Positions 21,641 to 29,945 of a DNA stretch of 64,000 bases are shown here, in pieces. The stretch spans positions 4,013 through 68,012 of the forward strand of contig CANQHC010000003.1 of NCBI GenBank assembly GCA_947623595.1, given 5' to 3'. Within the stretch, counting starts at the first letter, position 1. Each line of letters starts with the position of its first letter. Below the pieces are notes generated by a model. The model was not told the origin of the DNA. It saw only the letters and a program-made list of their open reading frames with translations, and ran no database searches. This DNA is from an uncultured Clostridia bacterium. GTDB lineage: Bacteria > Bacillota > Clostridia > TANB77 > CAG-508. The position numbers were made by a program, and so were the translations under genes.

Positions 21641-21903
21641 CCTTGATATTTTTTATATATTCTAAATGCTTCTAAATAAACTCTTTTATTTGGTATAGTT
21701 TCTGTTTCCAACTCATGATTTTTGTAGTTTACAGTTATTTCTCCAATGATACTTTCATTATTTTCAATTATAAAAACATCTATTTCTTGTTTTATTAACT
21801 CTTCTACTCTCTTATTCTTATATTTAATCCACATTTTTTCATTATCTGGAAACAACTTTTTTAATTTTTCAAATTCTTCTATTTTTATTTTTCTAAATTC
21901 CAT
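21595..21903 (-). pseudogene. Truncated GNAT acetyltransferase
   Basis: Ends just after the acetyl-CoA motif KYQGKG and runs out of frame into the phosphotransferase remnant. Confidence 0.7.
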
Positions 21904-21920
21904 TATTTTTCCAATCTATA

Positions 21921-22460
21921 TTATTTTAATTTTTTTATAAATTTTATTAACTCTTTTGTTGCTTCTTCTGGCAATTTTCCATTTATATCAAATTTATTTT
22001 CTATCTTACCATATATTTTTTTATAATATGCAATATCTTTTTTTATATCTTTAAGATAATATTCTTGTTCTTCAATATTACTTATATTAATTGGGTATAT
22101 TTTATCCTCTTCATCTGCATATACAAGTCTTTTCAATATATTTTCAGGCTTATCTTGAATTTGAATTGCTAATATATCTTTATCTTTTATTATATCATTA
22201 ATAAATCTGGAGTAATTTATTACAGAAACTGCAATAACAACATTATCAACATATTTATCTATAATTTTCCTTAAAATATCCCCTCTTCTTTTATGCCTTT
22301 CATAATCAAATGGATACTCTAATTTAAAATTATCTATTTTTCCATATTGTTTTTTTATTTCTTCATCTAAATCATCAAAATCATATCCTATTTTTTTACT
22401 CAATAGCTTACCTATTGTAGATTTTCCAACGTTTGATATTCCAAATAATAAAATTTTCAT
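21921..22460 (-). CDS. Shikimate-kinase-like P-loop kinase
   Basis: LFGISNVGKSTIGKLL, DLDEEI. Confidence 0.75.
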   Translation of the reverse strand: MKILLFGISNVGKSTIGKLLSKKIGYDFDDLDEEIKKQYGKIDNFKLEYPFDYERHKRRGDILRKIIDKYVDNVVIAVSVINYSRFINDIIKDKDILAIQIQDKPENILKRLVYADEEDKIYPINISNIEEQEYYLKDIKKDIAYYKKIYGKIENKFDINGKLPEEATKELIKFIKKLK

Positions 22461-22535
22461 ATTTCCCTTTTAATTTTTTATAACCTTATAATACTAATTG
22501 CTCATATTCTAACATAATTACTATATTGTAAAATT

Positions 22536-22622
22536 AAAAATTCCTCGTACTTTCATACGAGGAACGTGTATTCTTTCGTGCCGGTACACAATATAAAATA
22601 TATTGCACGGCAAATGTATTCT
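22536..22622 (-). ncRNA. Candidate ~87 nt small RNA or attenuated leader
   Basis: TTGACT-18-TATAAT upstream, hairpin GCCGTGCAATATA/TATATTGTGTACCGGC, terminator TTCCTCGTA-TGAAAG-TACGAGGAA-TTTTT. Confidence 0.5.
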
Positions 22623-22770
22623 AAATACATTATAATATATATTATGCACTAAAGTCAAGAAAAATACTCAATTTTTTATAAACATTTTTTGCGTTACTTT
22701 TTAACATATTTGGTAGTTTTTTTATCGTTTCATAATGTTATTTTTTTCTATTTTTCAAATTTTGAAAAAT

Positions 22771-22935
22771 GTTACAATGTAACAAAAATGTAACTTTAAT
22801 TAATTTTTTTGAAATTCTAAAACATTGCAATTACTGTGTTACAAGGCTTTGCGTTACAATGTAACGCAAATGAAACGTAATGGTAACGGAGAGAAAGAGA
22901 TAGAACTAGATTTATAGTTAGAGAAAGAGCAAAAT
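22771..22935 (+). repeat. Palindromic GTTACAATGTAAC iterons within a replisome-organiser gene relic
   Basis: Copies at 22771-22783 and 22853-22865 (11 bp perfect inverted repeat 22848-22870); broken frame LQCNANET / NGEKEIELDL*LEKE. Confidence 0.55.
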
Positions 22936-23068
22936 GAAACTAAACTAAACCAAACTAAACTTTTTAATATTTAACATAATTTTTTGCAAAAACATTGCAA
23001 AATCCTGCAGTATACTTTTAGAAATTATCTTGTTATACTTCTTTTATAATACTTATTGGAGGTTCACT

Positions 23069-23203
23069 ATGAATAATAATTATTATAAATCTATGTTTAA
23101 AAAATATCCTGATATTGTAAATGTTAAAGAATTGCGAATAATGCTAGGTGGTATCAGTAAAAAATTAGCTTATCATTTACTGCAAAAATCTATGGTATTA
23201 TAA
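23069..23203 (+). pseudogene. Truncated excisionase (HTH_17-like), 44 aa
   Basis: GGAGG RBS; MFKKYPDIVNVKELRIMLGGISKKLAYHLL; directly upstream of integrase. Confidence 0.7.
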
Positions 23204-23245
23204 TTTTAATATTATAAATAGTAGGTAAATCTAACTCTGTTATGA

Positions 23246-24544
23246 ATGAAAGGAGTTCATATGCAAAATATAACAGAAAACCTACGCAAAACAAATATAA
23301 CTGTTAGCTTACACGAAAAAAATAATATATATCAAGCAGTAATTAATTATAAAGATGATAACAATAAAAGAAAGCAAAAATGGGTATCAACTGGAATTAA
23401 AGTTGCTCGTGGTAATAAAAGACAAGCTTTGCAAAAAGCTGAAGAATATAGAGAACAGTTTGTAAAATCTTTTAATTTACAAGAACGCATTAAAACACAA
23501 AATGATGAACAAGAAAGAAAGTATATGTTATTTAGAGAAAAATTGCATATAATTGATTCTCACAAGTTTTATGATGAAAATATTCTTTACTTTGACTACT
23601 TAAAATTGTGGATTGAAAAAGTTAAAAATAATCTTGAACCTACAACTTATACATCTCATTTACAAATGATTAATTCAAGAATTAAAAATTATTTTACTTT
23701 AAATCCAATTAAGTTATTAGAATTAACACCTCTACATATTCAAAATTTCTATGATATTCTGCTTGCTGATGGATTAAAACCTACTACTGTTATTCGTTAT
23801 CACGCAATAATCAGAAAATCACTTGATTATGCTTTTAAAAATGATTTAATTGTAAATAATCCTGCTGACAAAGTAAAACGTCCTAAGAAAAATATTTTTG
23901 TTGGTTCATTTTATTCTAAAAATGAATTAAGTACACTTTTTGAAAAATCTAAAAATGATCCTCTTCATTTAATTATTTTACTTACAGCTTTTTATGGATT
24001 AAGAAGAAGTGAAGTTTTAGGTTTAAAATGGTCTGCTATTGATTTTGTAAATAAAACTATAACTATTAAACATACAGTTGTAGAAGTTAAAATTAATGGA
24101 AAAAATAAAATTTTAGGAAAAGATAGAACTAAAACGAAATCTAGCCATAGAACTTTGCCTTTAACAGATGAAATTATTATAGCATTAGAAAATGCAAAGA
24201 AACAACAAAAATATTATAAAAGAAAATTCAAGAAAAGCTATAATACAAAATATGAAGAATATGTTTGTTTAAAGCCTGATGGCTCATTAATAAAGCCTGA
24301 TTATGTTACAAGACATTTCCCACTGCTATTGAAAAATAGTGGTTTGAGGCATATCCGTTTTCACGATTTAAGACATTCTTGTGCTAGTTTATTGTTATCA
24401 AAAAATATACCTATGAAAGCTATTCAAGAATGGCTAGGTCATTCTGATTTTTCTACTACTGCTAATATATATGCTCATTTAGATATAAATTCTAAATTAC
24501 TATCTGCTGAGGCTATATCTTCTGCATTTAGTATAAAAAATTAA
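23246..24544 (+). CDS. Tyrosine recombinase / integrase (ICEBs1-like family)
   Basis: GLRRSEVLGLKW, RFHDLRHSCAS, WLGHS..TTANIYAH. Confidence 0.95.
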   Translation: MKGVHMQNITENLRKTNITVSLHEKNNIYQAVINYKDDNNKRKQKWVSTGIKVARGNKRQALQKAEEYREQFVKSFNLQERIKTQNDEQERKYMLFREKLHIIDSHKFYDENILYFDYLKLWIEKVKNNLEPTTYTSHLQMINSRIKNYFTLNPIKLLELTPLHIQNFYDILLADGLKPTTVIRYHAIIRKSLDYAFKNDLIVNNPADKVKRPKKNIFVGSFYSKNELSTLFEKSKNDPLHLIILLTAFYGLRRSEVLGLKWSAIDFVNKTITIKHTVVEVKINGKNKILGKDRTKTKSSHRTLPLTDEIIIALENAKKQQKYYKRKFKKSYNTKYEEYVCLKPDGSLIKPDYVTRHFPLLLKNSGLRHIRFHDLRHSCASLLLSKNIPMKAIQEWLGHSDFSTTANIYAHLDINSKLLSAEAISSAFSIKN

Positions 24545-24579
24545 CAAATCTAGTTTTTGATGTTTATAAACTAGATTTG
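24545..24579. terminator. Hairpin terminator between integrase and rlmD
   Basis: caaatctagttt...aaactagatttg. Confidence 0.65.
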
Positions 24580-24614
24580 CCATAATAAAATTTAATTATA
24601 TTTATCTAAAATTC

Positions 24615-24639
24615 TACTTTGGTTAGATTTTAGTTAGAT
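24615..24639 (+). repeat. Putative integrase arm-binding site (copy 2)
   Basis: TACTTTGGTTAGATTTTAGTTAGAT. Confidence 0.7.
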
Positions 24640-24700
24640 ATTAAAAATAATTTTTCTAATATTTAAGCTATCTATCCTTACAGTAAGAATGATTTCAAAA

Positions 24701-26093
24701 TTATTTAAGGTTAAGCACTGCCACACACTCCACATGTGATGTGAATGCAAACATATCAACTGGTTGGATTTTTTGTATATTATAATTATCTTCTAATTTT
24801 TTTAAATCTCTCACCATCGTTGCTGGATTACAACTAATATATATTACTTTTTGTGGCTTTGCATTCAATATATTCATAATAGTATTATCATCCAAACCTT
24901 TTCTTGGTGGATCCACAAATATAACATCTGGTCTTCCACTTTTACCTAATATATTATTTAAAGTTTTTTCTACATCTCCACATAAAAATTCTATATTTGG
25001 AATTTCATTAATCTTAGCATTTTCTTTTGCATCTTTTATAGCATCTTCTACTATTTCAATTCCATATACTTTTTTTGCCATTTTAGAAGCAAAAATTCCA
25101 ATTGTACCTATTCCACAATATAAGTCCAATACCACTTCATTTCCTTGTAATTTTGCATATTCTATTGCTTTTTGATATAAAATTTCAGTTTGAATTGGAT
25201 TTGTTTGATAAAAGGAGTTTGGTGATATTTTAAATATATATTCTCCTAACTTATCATAAATATATCCCGTTCCGTATATATTAATATTTTCTGTTTCTAA
25301 TACCACATTAGTATTTTTTGTATTGATATTTTTAACAATAGTTTTTATTTGATAATTTTGTAACCTTGAATTTGATTCAAATTCCTTCAAAATTGTATCT
25401 ATTAGTTCTTGCTCTTTAGGAATATTTTTGCCATTAACTACAACTATACACATTACTTCTTTTGTTTTTAATCCTACCTTTACTACAATGTGTCTAATAA
25501 GTCCGCTTTCCAGTTTGCTCATTGTAAACCGTAATGTTATTGTCTTTTATAAATTTTACTATTGTTTTTGAAATTAATTCTGAAATTGGATTTTGAATAA
25601 GACAATTTTCCATAGGAATTATTTCATGTGTTCTTTGTGCAAATATTCCAACTTTAGGGTTTCCTTCTTTATCTATTCCAATTGGATACTGTGCTTTATT
25701 TCTATAATGAAATGGATTTTCCATTCCTATTGTTGCTTCTACATTTATTTTTTTATTTAAAGTTTTATTTACTAAATTTTGAACTATTTCACGCTTTATT
25801 TCTAAAGTTGATTTATAATTTATATGTCTTAAACTACATCCTCCGCACCTTTTATATGTGAAACAATCCGGTTCAATTCTATCTGGTGATTTTTCTAAGA
25901 TTTCTATTATTTTTCCAAATGCATGCGAACTAGTTACTTTTAATATCAAGATTTTACATTTTTCACCTTTTATTGCTCCAGGAATAAAAATAGTATAATT
26001 ATCTATTTTTGCTATTCCCTCACCTTCAAAACCATTGTCTATAATTTTGGCTATATATTCTTTATTTTTTTCTACTGGTATATTTTCTTTCAT
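24701..26093 (-). CDS. rlmD: 23S rRNA (uracil-C5)-methyltransferase, requiring a +1 shift at CGG 25505-25503 (~463 aa)
   Basis: TRAM domain, CGGC Fe-S motif, YNEQTGK-G-LIRH junction, DLYCGIG, DPPRKG, SHVECV. Confidence 0.92.
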
Positions 26094-26153
26094 TTTTTAA
26101 TAGATGGCTAGACTAAAGTTTCCATCATATCCTTTCATAAAATTTTTATACTT

Positions 26154-26729
26154 TTATATATATTGTTTTATTTGATCATATAATTTACTAGTTGGTAACC
26201 CCATAACAGAATGATAGTTGCCATTAATTTTTGTTATATATACAGCAAATTTTCCCTGTATTGCATAAGCACCTGCTTTGTCCATAGCCTCACCAGAATC
26301 AATCCATTTCTTTATTTCCTCATCAGTCATATCTTTCATTTCAATTTCTGTAATGTCATAATCTAAATATTTACTTTTTATACCTTTTTCTTCCTTTAAA
26401 ACACATATACTTGTAATCACTTGATGCAGACCTAATTTTAATTCTTTTATCATTTCAAAAGCTTCTGTTTCTGTTTTTGGCTTTCCATATATTTTTCCAT
26501 TTTTTACAACTAAAGTGTCAGAACCTATTACAATACGTTCCCCAGTAGTTTCATCAAAAACAGCTTTTGCTTTGTTATATGCTAATTTTTTAGATTGTTC
26601 TTCTATGGATAAATCTTTCTTTAAGCTTTCATCTACATTACTTACCATAACATCAAATTTTTTAATTCCAATTAGTTCTAATAATTCTTTTCTTCTAGGC
26701 GACTTTGAAGCCAATATAATTCTCATCAT
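26154..26729 (-). CDS. maf: Maf nucleotide pyrophosphatase
   Basis: ILASKSPRRKELL, GSDT, DKAGAYAIQG, VMGLP. Confidence 0.95.
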   Translation of the reverse strand: MMRIILASKSPRRKELLELIGIKKFDVMVSNVDESLKKDLSIEEQSKKLAYNKAKAVFDETTGERIVIGSDTLVVKNGKIYGKPKTETEAFEMIKELKLGLHQVITSICVLKEEKGIKSKYLDYDITEIEMKDMTDEEIKKWIDSGEAMDKAGAYAIQGKFAVYITKINGNYHSVMGLPTSKLYDQIKQYI

Positions 26730-26783
26730 TATTCTCCTTTTACATATTACTTAGATTACTATAACATATCTAATAAAAAAATT

Positions 26784-26806
26784 AAAGAGATGTATCAACA
26801 TCTCTT
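26784..26806. terminator. Hairpin terminator after spoIVB-like gene
   Basis: aagagatgt...acatctctt. Confidence 0.55.
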
Positions 26807-26828
26807 CTGCTTTTTCTAAGTAATAAGC

Positions 26829-27569
26829 TTATATTAGTTTATCTATAAAAATGGCATAAGCATTTTTAGGATTTCTATTGTTAACATAATTTATCGCTCC
26901 TATAAGCTTTCCATTTTGCACAATTGGAGCTCCACTCATCCCCTGTACAATCCCTCCTGTTTTTCCTATTAATTCCTCATCAATCACTTTTAATTTAATA
27001 TTTTTATTTATATCAAAATGATTAAAACCTGTAATTTCTATTTTATAACTTTCTAAACCTTTACCATTTAAGTTAATATAAATATCCGCTTCTCCTTTTT
27101 GAATTTCATATCTGCTTGCAGTTTCAATTTCTTTATACTCCTCTAAGTTAATATTATCCATTACTCCAAAGGCTCCATATTGGCTATTTGAAATTACTTC
27201 TCCTATTTTATTGTTTCTGTCCATAACTGCATTAATAGTTCCTACCAAGTTTTTATCACTTTTTCCTATCCCTTTTAAATTAACCTGATAACAAGGTCCT
27301 GTTAAGTTAGATTTTTCACTTTTAGTTATAATAGGATGACCTACCGCTGCAAATTCACAACTTTCTTTCTCTATAAAAGTTACTGTTGCTACTTTTTTAG
27401 CAGATGTTGGTACTAAATTAGCATTATTATTATCCTCTTCATCATTTTCTAATTCAAATCCAACAATATCTCCTGCCAACAATACTGTTTTTGTTTTAGA
27501 GTATGGCATTAAAATGTTTATTGAAAAAATTAAAAATAATATAATAATCAAAGCAAATATTTTTTTCAT
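26829..27569 (-). CDS. SpoIVB peptidase S55 domain protein lacking the PDZ domain
   Basis: AVGHP, TGGIVQGMSGAPIVQNGKLIGA; only 246 aa. Confidence 0.85.
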   Translation of the reverse strand: MKKIFALIIILFLIFSINILMPYSKTKTVLLAGDIVGFELENDEEDNNNANLVPTSAKKVATVTFIEKESCEFAAVGHPIITKSEKSNLTGPCYQVNLKGIGKSDKNLVGTINAVMDRNNKIGEVISNSQYGAFGVMDNINLEEYKEIETASRYEIQKGEADIYINLNGKGLESYKIEITGFNHFDINKNIKLKVIDEELIGKTGGIVQGMSGAPIVQNGKLIGAINYVNNRNPKNAYAIFIDKLI

Positions 27570-27748
27570 TTATCATAACTTCCTTTATTGTTATATCTCT
27601 TCCATGTTATTCTCTTTTGTACCTATTTTATCTCTAGCCAATTTTTTTCTTTCTATTGTATTTGCTTTATATTGTTCATCTTATATAATCTTAAATTATT
27701 TTCTTATTATATCATCAAGTAATATATTTTTTCAAGTATATACACATT

Positions 27749-28315
27749 TTACTTTTTCAATTGTAAACCATCTTTAAATGCCTCTCCTACTCTTTCTCCT
27801 ACTTTATAATATCCATGAGTATATGGATCAAATGCAATAGCATCTACTAATTTAATACTAACATTATCTCCATCCATTACACTTTCATCAGCTGTTACAT
27901 TTACTATTTTTCCAATCACTCCACAACCATATTGATCATCCTGATATTCTATAAACTCACATTCCATGCATATTGGAAATTCATTTATAATCGGAGCATC
28001 TACAATTTCAGATTTTGTTGCAGTTAGCTTACTAGTTTCAAACTTATTTGGAGTATCATTGCCTGATGTTATTCCGAAATAATCAGCCTCTATAACATGT
28101 TTACTATCTGCAATGCTCACTGTAAAAGCTTTTCTTTGCTTAATATTTTTAACAGTTTTATGTGTTTGTGTTAAATTAAGTATCACATAATCTCTTTCTA
28201 GCATTGTTCCCCATGCTGCATTCATAACGTCAATAGTTCCATCATCATTATATGTTGCTATCATTAATACTGGCATTGGAAATATTGCTTCAGTAGTTTT
28301 AATATTTTTTCTCAT
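27749..28315 (-). CDS. Flavin reductase family protein
   Basis: FPMPV, MNAAWG, APIINEFPICMEC. Confidence 0.9.
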   Translation of the reverse strand: MRKNIKTTEAIFPMPVLMIATYNDDGTIDVMNAAWGTMLERDYVILNLTQTHKTVKNIKQRKAFTVSIADSKHVIEADYFGITSGNDTPNKFETSKLTATKSEIVDAPIINEFPICMECEFIEYQDDQYGCGVIGKIVNVTADESVMDGDNVSIKLVDAIAFDPYTHGYYKVGERVGEAFKDGLQLKK

Positions 28316-28456
28316 ATTCTTACCTCCTTTTTTGGTATTGTACTATAAATATAAAAAATCATCAAATATTAATATAATAAAATCAAACTATATTATTCAT
28401 CTATCTTACTGGTATAATAAGTCGCCTAATAGCAAACATATTTTCCACATGTAAAA

Positions 28457-29167
28457 TTATCTCAAATCTACTATATCTTTTGTTACTTCATCTACATCAA
28501 CTACATATTTATTTTCATCATCTATATATACAGGAATTTTTTTCATATTACTTTGAGTTATTATATCATGTGGATTCACCCAAATGTTTTTACTTTTAAA
28601 TATATATCTTTTATTGTCTCTTGGATTATTCCATTGACAAATTATATTATAAGGATGTGACCCATTTACTGTATATGATGTATTCATAACTGTTTCGACA
28701 TAATCAGCATAGATTAGTTGTCCGTTTTCTCTCAATCTTTTTTCATTCCTTTTATTTTTCATTTTAAAAGCTATTCCTATTACAGCTATTATAACAAAAA
28801 TTAAACCTACTCCTGGAAATATTAATATCATTAAATCTAATGATTTTACCCCTATGTTATTTGGATTATCTTTATCATAATATATTTTTATCTCTTTTCC
28901 TTCATAAAAACTTGAAGAATAAGCATTTAGCCTTGATTCATATTGCATTCCATCTACATTATAAGAAACATATACTATTCCTTCTCTTCTTCCATCAGTT
29001 CCTTTGTACGATGATATGTCTACAATTGTTCCTATAGTTTCTATCTTATTACTGTAGTCAAATCTATTAATGCCAAAGAATACACCTATTGAAATCAATA
29101 TTATTCCAACGATTATAAAAATAATCCATATTGAATTTTCTATTTTTTTCTCTTTCATTTTATTCAT
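28457..29167 (-). CDS. DUF3592-like two-TM membrane protein
   Basis: TM, GTIVD..YVSYNVDG..IYYDKDNP, TM. Confidence 0.65.
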   Translation of the reverse strand: MNKMKEKKIENSIWIIFIIVGIILISIGVFFGINRFDYSNKIETIGTIVDISSYKGTDGRREGIVYVSYNVDGMQYESRLNAYSSSFYEGKEIKIYYDKDNPNNIGVKSLDLMILIFPGVGLIFVIIAVIGIAFKMKNKRNEKRLRENGQLIYADYVETVMNTSYTVNGSHPYNIICQWNNPRDNKRYIFKSKNIWVNPHDIITQSNMKKIPVYIDDENKYVVDVDEVTKDIVDLR

Positions 29168-29183
29168 CCTCTACTTTTATAAA

Positions 29184-29945
29184 TTATTTAATAATATTTT
29201 TTTCCATAATTTTATGGACTTGTTCTTTTAATTCCTCTACATTATCTTTTAGACTATTATTTGAATTCATATATTTTATTGGCTCCAATATTTTTACTGT
29301 AACATCTTTTTTCTTTTTAAATAATTTTCTTATTCCTTTTGGATTTCTAAATGTAATTACTATTGGAATAACCGGAACATTATTTCGTATTGCAAAATTA
29401 AAAGCTCCATCTTTAAATTTTCTTATTTTCTCGCAATAAGGCCATAAGGCTTTTTCCGGATAGAAATGTATTGTTTTACCATTTTGTATAGCTTTGTCCA
29501 ATTCTTTTATAAAACGTTCTTTGTTATTTATTCTAGTTGGAATTGGTATGGCTCTTAATAATTTTATTAATTTTCTTACAAAAGGAATTTTAAAACTACC
29601 TTCCCTTGTTGTAAAATATACTTTATGCAATCCAAAAGACAACCCTACCATTGTACAATCTAAAACTAGAACATGATTTGATACACTTACCGCTCCTGTT
29701 TTCAGATTTTTAATATTTTCTTTTCCTTCTATTTTTAAACCATATACTATTTTATTCAAAATTGTTAGAACTGGAAAAGCAACCCCATAATATAATAAGT
29801 TAGAAAAAAATGAAAATATTTTTCCATCTTTAATATATTGGTAATTTTCATCTATATTAAAAGTTAATGGTTCGTTCATATGAATTATATCTTCATTTTC
29901 ATCTTGCACTAATTCTGTATTCTCTTCGATGAAATATTTTTCCAT
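29184..29945 (-). CDS. Lysophospholipid acyltransferase (PlsC family)
   Basis: NHVLVLD, FYPE, FKDGAF, VPVIP. Confidence 0.9.
   Translation of the reverse strand: MEKYFIEENTELVQDENEDIIHMNEPLTFNIDENYQYIKDGKIFSFFSNLLYYGVAFPVLTILNKIVYGLKIEGKENIKNLKTGAVSVSNHVLVLDCTMVGLSFGLHKVYFTTREGSFKIPFVRKLIKLLRAIPIPTRINNKERFIKELDKAIQNGKTIHFYPEKALWPYCEKIRKFKDGAFNFAIRNNVPVIPIVITFRNPKGIRKLFKKKKDVTVKILEPIKYMNSNNSLKDNVEELKEQVHKIMEKNIIK

Larger units (their letters stand above)
20644..24738. mobile_element. Decayed ~4.1 kb integrative element in the rlmD 3' end
   Basis: 16 bp direct repeats at 20644-20659 and 24723-24738, tyrosine integrase, truncated excisionase, repeated arm-like sites, deleted cargo genes. Confidence 0.85.
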
